Source: a virus
Lineage: Duplodnaviria; Caudoviricetes
Reading direction: 5' to 3' (one strand)
DNA: 55,801 bases
IMG/VR virus record: IMGVR_UViG_3300032170_000078
Location: 1-55,801 of that record
Position 1 is the first letter of the stretch; every line of letters starts with the position of its first letter. The notes under the pieces were generated by a model. It did no database searches. It worked only from the letters and a program-made list of their open reading frames with translations, and had not been told where the DNA came from. Of the stretch, positions 1 to 9,068 are shown in pieces. The position numbers and the translations under genes were made by a program.

Positions 1-58
1 ATACCCACATGACCCCAGGTAGGTTACGGAAGAGTATACTTAAGGTTAGGAGGTTTGG

Positions 59-346
59 ATGATATTCTTCAACGTCCCCGAAGCTAGAGAACAGTTGGCT
101 AACAGGGGGCTGGTTTATACCCTACGATCTTCATTCCGTTCCATTGGTAACACCAGAGCAGTAACAGGAAGCTATTCCAAGCATGATACTCTGTGTGAAG
201 TTAGTGTGCAGAGGATAGAGACCATTAAGCACCCAGACGACTTATACCCCTACCTACACCACTCAGGATTTGACGATGTGGATACTTGGCTGAGCAAGGC
301 CACCCCTTCAGCCAGGACCCTTTATAAGGTAGAGAGATTAAGGTAA
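59..346 (+). CDS. ASCH/PUA-like domain protein
   Basis: 95 aa; N-terminal 'F...L...G.VYTLR' and late 'SGFDDVDTW' match the ASCH pattern; AGGAGG RBS. Confidence 0.5.
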   Translation: MIFFNVPEAREQLANRGLVYTLRSSFRSIGNTRAVTGSYSKHDTLCEVSVQRIETIKHPDDLYPYLHHSGFDDVDTWLSKATPSARTLYKVERLR

Positions 347-360
347 GGAGGTTTGGATAA

Positions 361-819
361 ATGTATGACTGGTCTAGAGCTGAGATTACTCCCAAGCCGG
401 CTATAACAGGTTACCTCTTCCATAGCACTAAGATACCCATAGCCTTCCAGATACTTAAGGACGGGTACATCAAACCCTTTGCTGGGTCCATATCCTTTAC
501 CCTTGACCCCTGCTTTAACGTAGGAATACCCTCTCTCTCCTTTATCTTCCCAGAGAAGTTGATAAGGGACAAGTATGGGGGAGTAGACCTACCTATGCCA
601 CATTACTGGACTCAGGGAGAGGAAGCTTGGAGGAAGCAATGGGAAGAGGAGATGGAGGTGGAGGTAAAAGGAAAGTTGGTATATGTGTCTGATTGTGTAG
701 AGATACTTCCAGAAAGGGCAGCTTGTTGGAAGTACGGGAGAGGGTATGGTTACCACTTCAAAGATATAAGAGAGAGGCTTTCGGGTCCATGGAGAACCTT
801 AAGGAGGATTTTGGAATAG
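361..819 (+). CDS. Putative ADP-ribosyltransferase-fold protein
   Basis: 'YLFHST..AFQILKDGYI', 'ISFTLD' and 'EEEMEV' resemble the three catalytic strands of ART-fold proteins. Confidence 0.4.
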   Translation: MYDWSRAEITPKPAITGYLFHSTKIPIAFQILKDGYIKPFAGSISFTLDPCFNVGIPSLSFIFPEKLIRDKYGGVDLPMPHYWTQGEEAWRKQWEEEMEVEVKGKLVYVSDCVEILPERAACWKYGRGYGYHFKDIRERLSGPWRTLRRILE

Positions 820-821
820 GC

Positions 822-858
822 AAGGGCTAAGGTTTGAGGCAAAATAAGGCCCTTTTTT
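822..858 (+). terminator. Probable intrinsic terminator
   Basis: AAGGGCT...GGCCCTT stem followed by a T run right after the ORF stop. Confidence 0.45.
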
Positions 859-922
859 GTTTCGCTTTATTGACCTAAAAATGAATTCATTTATGAATTG
901 ATTTTATTTGCTAATAAAACTA

Positions 923-951
923 TTGCTTTTTCGGAAAAGGTCTTTTATAAT
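923..951 (+). promoter_or_regulatory. sigma70-type promoter
   Basis: TTGCTT-N17-TATAAT in an AT-rich gap; 14-bp palindrome AAATGAATTCATTT upstream at 879-892. Confidence 0.7.
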
Positions 952-1024
952 AAAGTGTAGGATAAAATAATAGCCTGATAAAAAACCTCAAGGCTAAATA
1001 TTATCCGAAAGGAGGAAAATCCAA

Positions 1025-1255
1025 ATGGTAGAAGCAATGGAACCCAAACATCTTGCGGCTCGAATGGGTATTAGCCCGAAAAGGCTAAGAGCCTTGCTAA
1101 GAGCTGAACATCCTCGGAAGGCCGAAGTCAAGGGCAAGAAATGGGAAATTAGCCCGACTCTTGCCAAGGAGGTGGAAAAGGCCTATAAGGCTAAGAAGGC
1201 CAAAAAGGAAGAGGCCAAAAAGGCCGAAATCGCGAAGGAACTGGAGGGGGAATAA
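1025..1255 (+). CDS. Small HTH DNA-binding protein with Lys/Glu/Ala tail
   Basis: 'PKHLAARMGISPKRLRALLR...KKWEI'; paralogous to 11786-12061 and the C-terminus of 9918-10502. Confidence 0.65.
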   Translation: MVEAMEPKHLAARMGISPKRLRALLRAEHPRKAEVKGKKWEISPTLAKEVEKAYKAKKAKKEEAKKAEIAKELEGE

Positions 1256-1289
1256 AATCCCCCTTCGGTTGTAGCTAGAGAGGTGGAAT

Positions 1290-1433
1290 ATGGAAAAGGC
1301 AGTATGTAACAAGTGCGGAGCGACCTATGAGGACAAGGAATCTATTGACCTAGTCAAGAAGTGGATAAAGGACGGTTATGCCCCTTGCCCAAATATAAGT
1401 TGCCCCGGCGAGATGGAAATCAAAGAGGAATAG
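1290..1433 (+). CDS. Small zinc-ribbon protein (47 aa, not in ORF track)
   Basis: MEKAVCNKCG...PCPNISCPGEM; GAGGTGG RBS. Confidence 0.6.
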   Translation: MEKAVCNKCGATYEDKESIDLVKKWIKDGYAPCPNISCPGEMEIKEE

Positions 1434-1448
1434 CCACAGGAGGGGTCT

Positions 1449-1616
1449 ATGACCGACAGAGAAAGGGATATGGAACATGCCCTCCAAGGGATTATTGACT
1501 CAACAGAGGAGTTAATGGAGGCTATCGGGAAAATGGATTGGGAGAAGATAGAAACCTTGGGGACAGAGATAGCCGCACTGGCTATGATTTTGAAGGCCCT
1601 ATCCAAAGTAAATTAA
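1449..1616 (+). CDS. Hypothetical helical protein (55 aa, not in ORF track)
   Basis: MTDRERDMEHALQG...KVN*; AGGAGG RBS; fills the gap between neighbours. Confidence 0.6.
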   Translation: MTDRERDMEHALQGIIDSTEELMEAIGKMDWEKIETLGTEIAALAMILKALSKVN

Positions 1617-1633
1617 GGAAGGAGGTGATGGAG

Positions 1634-1915
1634 ATGGAGATAGGAGAGAAGAGGGTATTCCAGAAGACCATTGACATCTTCCTTGCCGAACACCACAAGT
1701 CCTTTGAAGGCGAGGAGGAGTTCAAGGAAACCTGGGATAGGGTCAGGGCTCTTACTCTAAAGGGCACGGTAAAGGATCTTGTCTCATCCTGCATTGAGGC
1801 TTCTTGGGACCTGCCCGCTTTCGCCGAGTGGATCCTGAAGACTGAGATTTGCCCTGAGGACGCAAAGGCCCTACTCGGTGAGGCAGCATACCGTATGAAT
1901 GAATGGGATACCTAA
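1634..1915 (+). CDS. Hypothetical protein
   Basis: Start moved to the ATG after AAGGAGGTG. Confidence 0.6.
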   Translation: MEIGEKRVFQKTIDIFLAEHHKSFEGEEEFKETWDRVRALTLKGTVKDLVSSCIEASWDLPAFAEWILKTEICPEDAKALLGEAAYRMNEWDT

Positions 1916-1957
1916 AGGTCGAGAGTCCTGAGTCTTAACGAAAGGAGGTGAAACCAA

Positions 1958-2146
1958 ATGGTAGAACCAAAGGCCGAGTATCCCAGTATGGAGGCCGCGG
2001 CAGAGGATGCTATCAAAGACGCTGGAGAGACCTTCACTGAGGAAGAGCTCAACAAGATAGGGCAATATTTCCTCAAGTGGAGGAAGGCAGCTGGCTATAA
2101 GAAGATTTGCCGGTGGTTGATAGCTAGGTCACAGGGGGAAGAATAA
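1958..2146 (+). CDS. Hypothetical protein
   Basis: ORF with AAAGGAGGTG RBS. Confidence 0.6.
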   Translation: MVEPKAEYPSMEAAAEDAIKDAGETFTEEELNKIGQYFLKWRKAAGYKKICRWLIARSQGEE

Positions 2147-2162
2147 CCAAAGGGAGGCAAAA

Positions 2163-2351
2163 GTGAAAGAGTTAAAGGTCGAGAAAAGGAAAAGAGGCTG
2201 GGCCTTGGTGGTTAGCGCCTCTGGTAGGACCCAGGAAAGGAGGTTCCACTACAAGGCTGATGCTGAACGGGCCAGAGGGAACTTCAGCTACTACTCTGAG
2301 TTCCAATTGGAAGGGATATTTGACCACTACTTCAGCCCCATAGCCGATTAG
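2163..2351 (+). CDS. Hypothetical protein
   Basis: GTG start with GGGAGG RBS. Confidence 0.55.
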   Translation: MKELKVEKRKRGWALVVSASGRTQERRFHYKADAERARGNFSYYSEFQLEGIFDHYFSPIAD

Positions 2352-2360
2352 GCTTCCACA

Positions 2361-2390
2361 TTGACAGGAAGTGATCAGGTATGATATAGT
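2361..2390 (+). promoter_or_regulatory. sigma70-type promoter
   Basis: TTGACA-N18-TATAGT with TG extension. Confidence 0.65.
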
Positions 2391-2440
2391 GATAGTGTAG
2401 ACAATAGAAAGGGGAAAATCAACCAGAAAGGGGGGTTACT

Positions 2441-2650
2441 ATGGCTGAACCAACAAAGAAGGCACCAGAGATAGAGAGCCTCATAGACGCTACTAACCCA
2501 TCTGGCAGAAAACGGGTAGATAGCATCAAGGCAGATATCTGCAGCTGGTGTGGGAAACCCGCTACTGAGTTTAGGGATGAGCTTTCCCGCAAGGAGTATA
2601 CCATCTCAGGTTTCTGCCAAGAGTGTCAGGACAAAACTTTCGGAGAATAA
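2441..2650 (+). CDS. Zinc-finger protein
   Basis: CSWC...FCQEC. Confidence 0.65.
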   Translation: MAEPTKKAPEIESLIDATNPSGRKRVDSIKADICSWCGKPATEFRDELSRKEYTISGFCQECQDKTFGE

Positions 2651-2654
2651 CCTT

Positions 2655-2999
2655 ATGAAAGTCCTAGTTTGTGGAGATAGGAGTTGGAAGGACTGGAATA
2701 AGATCCGGTCAAAGCTTCAGGAGCTAAAGCCCGAGGTCATTATAGCTGGAGGAGCTAGAGGGGCTGACACTACTGCCGCATTGATTGCTTCTAAGGAATT
2801 GGGTATCCCAGCCTATATATATCCAGCTCAATGGAATACTTATGGTAGGGCTGCTGGCCCCATTCGCAACAGGGAAATGCTAGACCAGTGTCCCGACCTA
2901 GTCTTAGCTTTCCACAGTGACTTAAGCAAGAGCAAAGGGACAGCTGATTGTGTTAGAGAGGCCAGGAAAAGGGGAATAAAGGTCCAAATAGTAACATAA
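2655..2999 (+). CDS. YspA/SLOG-family (DUF2493-like) protein
   Basis: MKVLVCGDR, GGARGAD, GRAAGPIRNREML, SKGTADC motifs. Confidence 0.85.
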   Translation: MKVLVCGDRSWKDWNKIRSKLQELKPEVIIAGGARGADTTAALIASKELGIPAYIYPAQWNTYGRAAGPIRNREMLDQCPDLVLAFHSDLSKSKGTADCVREARKRGIKVQIVT

Positions 3000-3014
3000 G
3001 GAGGTAAAACATAG

Positions 3015-3239
3015 ATGCCAGAGTCCCAACAGGTTGTAGAGGACGAAATCTATAACCGGCAGTACCAGTGGATCAAGGACAACAAGGGTAAAGAGGCGGC
3101 AGAAAAAGCCAATTATGGCTGGGGAGTAGACACGACTGGTGAGAAGTTAGTGGTAGAGACCAAGGTCTATGGCCATGGGGTCCTTATCAGCCGTGGATCT
3201 TCAAAGGAAGACATAAGCCACGATTTTGAGCCGTTCTGA
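3015..3239 (+). CDS. Hypothetical protein
   Basis: ORF after the AACATAAGGAGG motif. Confidence 0.6.
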   Translation: MPESQQVVEDEIYNRQYQWIKDNKGKEAAEKANYGWGVDTTGEKLVVETKVYGHGVLISRGSSKEDISHDFEPF

Positions 3240-3414
3240 AAGGGGGTGAGGTAGTGTTTCCGATAACTATTTACACAGTTCCACCAGGCTGGAAGTATTT
3301 CCATACGAGCGGAGGTGTTACTTTCATTGGTTGGGGTGGAAAGAGACTATTGATTGCCTGGTGGATGCTAAATCCACTCAGGAAGAAAGAAATATAAGGA
3401 GGGGGTGAAAAGGG

Positions 3415-3684
3415 ATGAAAAAAGTAGTGGCTATCGTGCTCCATGATGACCCTAGTGATGGGGTGGAGAAATGCTGGGTAGGTGACTCTGAGAAAGAGGT
3501 AATTAGTCGGGTATTTGGATATGTGGGTTCATGCTATGAGAAAAGTGGGGACCCTGAAGAAGCTATAATAGCCAAGGAATATTATAGCAAGTCCCCCACT
3601 CAGGGCAACTGGGAAGGACTCCAAATGAGCTGGACTGGTGAGAATGATGTCTACCTCTTCCACTTATTCGAGATAGAAGTCTAA
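3415..3684 (+). CDS. Hypothetical protein
   Basis: ORF with strong RBS. Confidence 0.55.
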   Translation: MKKVVAIVLHDDPSDGVEKCWVGDSEKEVISRVFGYVGSCYEKSGDPEEAIIAKEYYSKSPTQGNWEGLQMSWTGENDVYLFHLFEIEV

Positions 3685-3722
3685 TGGGTCCTAAGTTCTG
3701 AAAGAAAGGAGGTGAAAGGTAG

Positions 3723-4439
3723 ATGCCTGAAGATAGAGCCAAGGTTCTAGACCTAATCAGGAAACTTCTGGCGTTGTCTCAGTCTCCTAATGAGCACGAA
3801 GCAGCCAGAGCTGCAGAGAAGGCCCAGGAACTGTTGTTCAAGTATAAGCTCTCTATGGTTGAAGTCCAGGCTCAAAAGGGAGATGGCAAAGGGCCTAAAA
3901 TCGTTGAACTAGATGGCGACATTATATCCCAGAAGAACTGGGGAAAGTGGAAGCCTCAACTAGCTTGGGGTGTAGCCAGATACAATTTCTGTACCGGCTT
4001 CCAAGATACTTACCGGGGGAAATTCATCTTCATTGGGCAGGAAACTGAGGCCTATGTGGCTAAGGAGCTCTACGAGTGGTTGGTGGAACAGCTAGAGGGT
4101 GCGGCCAGAAGAGCCTGTCTTAACTACCAGGGTTACTCAAGGATCCCAACCTTTAGGAGAGCCTTCTTCACTGGAGCAGTCCTCACAGTAGCCAATAGGC
4201 TCTATAACCAATGGAGAAACCTACAAGGACAGTCGGAACAGTCCACAGCCCTTGTGGTAACTACCAAGGCTATGTTGGAGAGCTATAAGAAGGAGCATCA
4301 TCCATACCTTGTAAGGGGTAGGTCCCTTCGGATGGCTAACGGTTCCTACGATGGATATACGGCCGGAATAAGGGCTGGGAAAGAAGTGGATATTACAGTT
4401 AAGAGGAAACTGGGGAAAGGTCGAGGGTTATTGGAATAA
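3723..4439 (+). CDS. DUF2786-domain protein
   Basis: 'IRKLLALSQSPNEHEAARAAEKAQELLFKY' N-terminus; 'GYTAG..AG' C-terminus. Confidence 0.85.
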   Translation: MPEDRAKVLDLIRKLLALSQSPNEHEAARAAEKAQELLFKYKLSMVEVQAQKGDGKGPKIVELDGDIISQKNWGKWKPQLAWGVARYNFCTGFQDTYRGKFIFIGQETEAYVAKELYEWLVEQLEGAARRACLNYQGYSRIPTFRRAFFTGAVLTVANRLYNQWRNLQGQSEQSTALVVTTKAMLESYKKEHHPYLVRGRSLRMANGSYDGYTAGIRAGKEVDITVKRKLGKGRGLLE

Positions 4440-4455
4440 CCTAAGGAGGTAGGTT

Positions 4456-4719
4456 ATGCAAGAGGGACTAAAATTGGCTCTCCAGGTTACCTCTAAATCG
4501 GCTAGGGGAGTTCCTTGGTCAATACCTAGGGAATGGGCAGAGGAACTAATCAGGGAACAAAACCTGAACCTTCAGTGCCGAAATGGAGACATCTCTGGAG
4601 AAGCCTCGGCTCTGTTCCAATTCAATGGACAGACCTTAAGGTTAAGACGCCATTGGACCGGTAGGTACGAGCTTTATCATGGCGACTGGAAATCTGATCC
4701 CCATTGGACAGGTGACTGA
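4456..4719 (+). CDS. Hypothetical protein
   Basis: ORF with TAAGGAGGT RBS. Confidence 0.55.
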   Translation: MQEGLKLALQVTSKSARGVPWSIPREWAEELIREQNLNLQCRNGDISGEASALFQFNGQTLRLRRHWTGRYELYHGDWKSDPHWTGD

Positions 4720-4751
4720 GGTCATTGGAATAACATAGGGAGGTGGGTCTA

Positions 4752-4961
4752 ATGGAACGGGACGACATTAAAGTCAAGCGCTGGTCTTTCTGCCCCGGAT
4801 GTAAAGGTGGAAAAATGGTCCTATCGAGGAAATGTGAAATCTGCAACGGTACAGGAAAAGTCTTTGAGCTTATACCGCTCAAGTCTCTTTCTGGTGAGTC
4901 CAGGAAGAAATACGAAACCGCACAGGCTGACTTTATCCAGGAGCAGTTAAAGGGCCATTAA
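4752..4961 (+). CDS. DnaJ-type zinc-finger small protein
   Basis: CPGCKGG...CEICNGTG. Confidence 0.6.
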   Translation: MERDDIKVKRWSFCPGCKGGKMVLSRKCEICNGTGKVFELIPLKSLSGESRKKYETAQADFIQEQLKGH

Positions 4962-4986
4962 AGCTACTCTAGGACATGCAACCTCT

Positions 4987-5015
4987 TTGACAAATGGGAT
5001 CCATAGTGATATAAT
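4987..5015 (+). promoter_or_regulatory. sigma70 promoter (perfect consensus)
   Basis: TTGACA-N17-TATAAT with TG extension. Confidence 0.85.
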
Positions 5016-5053
5016 GACATTATACAATAGTAACATAAGGAGGAAAAACCCAC

Positions 5054-5215
5054 ATGGCAGACAAAATCCAGATAAAAACTAAAGCAGAGGACAAGCTCCT
5101 TCTGGAGCGAGATGTCCAAGAGCTAATGAAAGACTGGTGGGATGCCTTTGAGGAGCTGGATGACCATGGACCTGAAGATTGTAATATCACCGTGGTAAGT
5201 CAACCAAAGGAGTAG
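5054..5215 (+). CDS. Hypothetical acidic protein (53 aa, not in ORF track)
   Basis: MADKIQIKTK...QPKE*; first ORF after the promoter; AAGGAGG RBS. Confidence 0.6.
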   Translation: MADKIQIKTKAEDKLLLERDVQELMKDWWDAFEELDDHGPEDCNITVVSQPKE

Positions 5216-5217
5216 AT

Positions 5218-5430
5218 GTGTCCAAGAAAAGAGCTCCGCCTCGTGAGGAATATGTTAAAAGATATCATAGAGATTGTGGCGGGGAGATAATAAACAGGAA
5301 GTGCCTTAAATGTGACAAGACTTGGGGTCGGGTTAGATATTACCTGTCAGGTGACATAGAGGAAGTGCCACATTTAAGGCACCGCTGTAAGACTGGGGAT
5401 GAAAGCGCTGAGGAGAGTAGAGAAACATGA
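5218..5430 (+). CDS. Zinc-ribbon protein
   Basis: HRDCGG...CLKC. Confidence 0.5.
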   Translation: MSKKRAPPREEYVKRYHRDCGGEIINRKCLKCDKTWGRVRYYLSGDIEEVPHLRHRCKTGDESAEESRET

Positions 5431-5532
5431 AGGAATGGTATCAGAGAAAAGTCCTGATGTTCTTTTGGGGATGGGGGATGTTCGCCCTTGGATTTATTCT
5501 CGGTAAGTTCGTGTTCTAAAAGGAGGTCAAGG

Positions 5533-5793
5533 ATGGCTGAGACACAGCACTATATCTTTCACGAGGACGACCACAAGCAGCAGCTTGAAGGCCGTTACTG
5601 GAATGCCAATTGGAAAGGGATCTGCATCATGGCTTCCATCACAAAAGGGGTTGATTGGGCAGCCTATGTGGGGGCTGACAATGGAGAGAATGAAAGGGAG
5701 TGTATGGCTTGGACCCTACAGCATGGTGTTAAGCTCTATGAAAAGGACGCCCGTTACTTCTTCCCTGAGATCAAGTTACCTTATAGGGGGTGA
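5533..5793 (+). CDS. Hypothetical protein
   Basis: ATG after AAGGAGGT. Confidence 0.6.
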   Translation: MAETQHYIFHEDDHKQQLEGRYWNANWKGICIMASITKGVDWAAYVGADNGENERECMAWTLQHGVKLYEKDARYFFPEIKLPYRG

Positions 5794-5997
5794 ATGATGA
5801 AGGTTTGTGAGTATGATAATGTTAGTTGTCCCTTCTGTGCAGAGAGTGAGGCAGAGCATGAGGATAAAGTAGGTAATTCTCGTGGTTTGAAAGAGCTGGC
5901 GAGAGTCGTTGTCTACTCATCTAAAGCAAGCTGGCCAGCCCATCACATATCCTGCCTCTCCTGCGCTGGGGAGTTTCTGATCCCTTGTGAGGATTAA
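5794..5997 (+). CDS. Zinc-ribbon protein
   Basis: CPFC...CLSC. Confidence 0.55.
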   Translation: MMKVCEYDNVSCPFCAESEAEHEDKVGNSRGLKELARVVVYSSKASWPAHHISCLSCAGEFLIPCED

Positions 5998-6022
5998 CTG
6001 GAAACATAAGGAGGATCACCCA

Positions 6023-6355
6023 ATGGGGTATTACATTGAAGTTCCTGGGAAAAAGCAGAAGGCCGAACAGCTCGTGGAGCTATATGGAGCCGAAATACTG
6101 TCTGATGAACCCCGGGCCCTTGAGGACGTTCCTACTGGGAAGGCACTTATCTGCGTATTGGATAATGGCTCTTTTGAGGCAGCTGGCTTCTGCTATAGCC
6201 AAAGGGAATTTGAGGCTTTCAGCTTACCCGATACCATTAGAGATCCCAATCCACCACCAGGGGTTCACGACTTCAATCCCACTCATCAGAGACCAAGGAA
6301 GTGGTTACTTATGGACTGGGACTTGACCTGTAGGCTAACTAACTATTTGGAATAA
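6023..6355 (+). CDS. Hypothetical protein
   Basis: ATG after AACATAAGGAGG. Confidence 0.6.
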   Translation: MGYYIEVPGKKQKAEQLVELYGAEILSDEPRALEDVPTGKALICVLDNGSFEAAGFCYSQREFEAFSLPDTIRDPNPPPGVHDFNPTHQRPRKWLLMDWDLTCRLTNYLE

Positions 6356-6371
6356 CGTAAGGAGGGACAAC

Positions 6372-6554
6372 ATGAAGTACAGGTATATCCAACACATTGA
6401 CACTCACATTGAAGTGGAGGTTGAGGCTGAGAATAAGGATGAGGCAGAAGAAAAGGCAATAACAGAAACGGTGGATATGAGTAATGAGGAATATAGTCGT
6501 CAGCTTGTTGCTAATGCTGAGGCTGGTGAGTCGATCATTGAAGAGATAACCTGA
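6372..6554 (+). CDS. DpnD/PcfM-like small acidic protein
   Basis: 'IEVEVEAENKDEAEEKA' pattern. Confidence 0.45.
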   Translation: MKYRYIQHIDTHIEVEVEAENKDEAEEKAITETVDMSNEEYSRQLVANAEAGESIIEEIT

Positions 6555-6572
6555 GGAGGTAGGTATCCACAT

Positions 6573-6601
6573 TTGACAAACTCGAACCAATATCTTATAA
6601 T
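6573..6601 (+). promoter_or_regulatory. sigma70 promoter (perfect consensus)
   Basis: TTGACA-N17-TATAAT. Confidence 0.85.
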
Positions 6602-6646
6602 GAGAGTAGACTAAACAAACGCTAGCATAAGGGGTTAATAAGTTGG

Positions 6647-7435
6647 ATGATTAGGACATCAAGGTATACCACCATAATGTCCAAGAAGTTTGAAGAAGTC
6701 AGGTCTGGGGCTTTTGGGATTGAAAAGGTAGTGATACCAAAGGGGACCACTTTAAGAACTTACTCTCCAATGGGGTTCCTATACTTGGACACCTTCAGTG
6801 CCGACTTCCCAATAGTTAGATTAAGAGAGGGGGAGCCAAACCCCCAAGTACCAGATTCAGGGCTTTGGATGTCCGATACTCCACTGGAACAGGAATCACT
6901 AAGGAACCCCATATATATGGCTTATGGGGACGTCCTTGAGATCGGGCTTGGTATAGGTTTATTTCCTACATTACTGAGAAGGAGAAATAAATCTGTAAAG
7001 AATATTACCATAGTGGAAAGGGAGGCAGATCTAGTCCCCCTTGTATATCATCGTATTGAATACAAGAGGACCAAACTTATCTTATCTGATGGGGAGGAGT
7101 GGCTTAAGTTCTGCCAAACTACCGGGGAGAAATATGACTTTATTCATATTGACGTCTGGGCCGATCTTACTGCCCCAATAAGGGAAATTGAGAAGTGGAC
7201 TAAATTAGCTGAACCATGTCTCAAAAAGAATGGCATTATCTGGTGCTGGCTCCAAGAGCTATATGATCGGATTAGAGACCGATTGCCTAAGGAACCAGTA
7301 CGTTCTGCTGGAGTTCCAGGTTTCTATGAACCGTGTCTTATTTGTGGTAAGGTGCTCCGAAATGATTATGCTGGGCTTTGTACGGACTGTGCTGATAATA
7401 TGAAGGTAAGTGAAATGTTTATAGAAAGGAGGTGA
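6647..7435 (+). CDS. Class I SAM-dependent methyltransferase (spermidine-synthase-like) with C-terminal Zn finger
   Basis: 'WMSDTPLE', 'VLEIGLGIG', 'ITIVE', 'YDFIHIDVW'; CLIC..CTDC. Confidence 0.75.
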   Translation: MIRTSRYTTIMSKKFEEVRSGAFGIEKVVIPKGTTLRTYSPMGFLYLDTFSADFPIVRLREGEPNPQVPDSGLWMSDTPLEQESLRNPIYMAYGDVLEIGLGIGLFPTLLRRRNKSVKNITIVEREADLVPLVYHRIEYKRTKLILSDGEEWLKFCQTTGEKYDFIHIDVWADLTAPIREIEKWTKLAEPCLKKNGIIWCWLQELYDRIRDRLPKEPVRSAGVPGFYEPCLICGKVLRNDYAGLCTDCADNMKVSEMFIERR

Positions 7436-7440
7436 AACAA

Positions 7441-7950
7441 ATGGCTAAGACTACCTGGGCATCAAAGCTTTATCCCTACTTTGATGAACATCCAGAGGCT
7501 ACCGCTGGTGAAGCTGCCAAGGCTATTGGATGCATTATTTCTACTGCGGCAAGCGCCAGGCATTGCTGGAAGAAAGCAAGGGGCTACCGTGTTGGCACAG
7601 TTCATCATCCGGTAAGGGGTCTTGTTAAGGAGGCCCCGGTGATAAAGACCCTTAAGGAAGCCCCAGAGATTCCCAAGGAGGCTGTCCAAGTACGGGCTAT
7701 CGCAGATGAGCTCCTCAAGAAAGCACTTGAGGCTATAGGGTCCTACAACAATATCCTGGTTGAGAGGAATGCCTGGAGGAAAGAGGCCCATACCCTTGAA
7801 GCCAAAGCTAAGGAGATACTAGAGGAAAAGGACCGAGTGACCAAGGCCTATAATGAAATGGTTAAGAGGGTAAACCAGGGGCAACTTCCAACTTTAGATG
7901 AGATAGTCCACGTCCTGAGAAGGGACCTGAAGCCGGGGGAGACTTTATGA
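7441..7950 (+). CDS. HTH plus coiled-coil protein
   Basis: 'ATAGEAAKAIGC..STAASAR' HTH-like segment; heptad-rich C-terminus. Confidence 0.5.
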   Translation: MAKTTWASKLYPYFDEHPEATAGEAAKAIGCIISTAASARHCWKKARGYRVGTVHHPVRGLVKEAPVIKTLKEAPEIPKEAVQVRAIADELLKKALEAIGSYNNILVERNAWRKEAHTLEAKAKEILEEKDRVTKAYNEMVKRVNQGQLPTLDEIVHVLRRDLKPGETL

Positions 7951-8249
7951 ACCATAGAAAGACTAGAGATCCCAATGTTAATTACCACAAACCTGTATGT
8001 GTTAAGTGTCAGTGTGAGCTTAAACCGGAATGGAATGGGATAGGAGTTTTGGATTACTTTAATCCCTCAGATTCCCCAGAGCCAAAGCCTTATGAGATTT
8101 GGGACGCTGACCTTTGGAAATGTCCAAAGTGTGGATATGAGCTCGTTGTTGGGTTTGGTGATATGGCTATTTACCATCATCATGATGATGGTTTTGGTCG
8201 AGCCCTAGAGGGATACAAGGCTAATGCCAGGCTAATTGAATGCCGCTAA
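7947..8249 (+). CDS. Zinc-ribbon protein
   Basis: CVKC...WKCPKCG. Confidence 0.6.
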   Translation: MNHRKTRDPNVNYHKPVCVKCQCELKPEWNGIGVLDYFNPSDSPEPKPYEIWDADLWKCPKCGYELVVGFGDMAIYHHHDDGFGRALEGYKANARLIECR

Positions 8250-8262
8250 GAAGGGGGTAACT

Positions 8263-8631
8263 ATGGTATACGAACCCGAGGGCTATTATATCATTAGAGG
8301 CAAGTTCACCTGGGCTCAACTACAACCCATTTTAGGCAAGAGTATATACGGCATCCAGAAGGACACCAAAAACCTGGCGCCCGAGGAAGGTGAGCCTTGT
8401 GGCCTTTCTTCATCTCCTGAAGGTCTCTCTTACCAGATATACACCAGTTGGAAGAGGCCTGAGGGTTCTAGAGTAGCCCATGTCGTACTTCACCCGGATG
8501 GTATATGTTTTTCTGGGGCCCTTCGGGTAGGGCAAGATTGGGAGTTTGCCAAGGAACTTTTCCTCAAGGTAAAGGTCAATTTTGAGAGATTCCAACCAGT
8601 AGTTAGTGAGACACATTGGGAAAGGAGGTGA
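8263..8631 (+). CDS. Hypothetical protein
   Basis: ATG after AAGGGGGT. Confidence 0.55.
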   Translation: MVYEPEGYYIIRGKFTWAQLQPILGKSIYGIQKDTKNLAPEEGEPCGLSSSPEGLSYQIYTSWKRPEGSRVAHVVLHPDGICFSGALRVGQDWEFAKELFLKVKVNFERFQPVVSETHWERR

Positions 8632-8639
8632 TCCACATC

Positions 8640-9068
8640 ATGCCAGAATGTTCAAATCCAGTTAAGTTCCTTGAAGAAAAACTAGGTAGAGGAGCATTGG
8701 AGAGTTTTGTCGGACCTGTATATGGGAATGACGGGATATTTCCTTGTAGGGAGACAAAGAGGACTAGGATTAGTCCTTGGTGGCGTTTCCGGGATAGAAG
8801 ATTCCAGGAAATTACTTTGTCCTATGATTGCTTCTTCTGTGGAACTAAGGGGTCTGGCAAACAAATGAAGCATTTTGTGAGGGGCTATGGGGGTCTTGGA
8901 GAAGAATATCATGGTCCAGACCACTACTACTTCCACCCCAGGTGCCTCTTGGGTGGGGAGGAAGTGGAAGTTGCCGAGAGAATCCTTAAAATGGTTAAGT
9001 CTTATATGGAGCGGCTTGAGGAAGCTAAGTCACATATAGAGGAGGTGAAAACTAATGCCCAATTGTAG
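8640..9068 (+). CDS. Zn-binding hypothetical protein
   Basis: CFFC...FHPRC; ATG after AAGGAGGTG. Confidence 0.55.
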   Translation: MPECSNPVKFLEEKLGRGALESFVGPVYGNDGIFPCRETKRTRISPWWRFRDRRFQEITLSYDCFFCGTKGSGKQMKHFVRGYGGLGEEYHGPDHYYFHPRCLLGGEEVEVAERILKMVKSYMERLEEAKSHIEEVKTNAQL

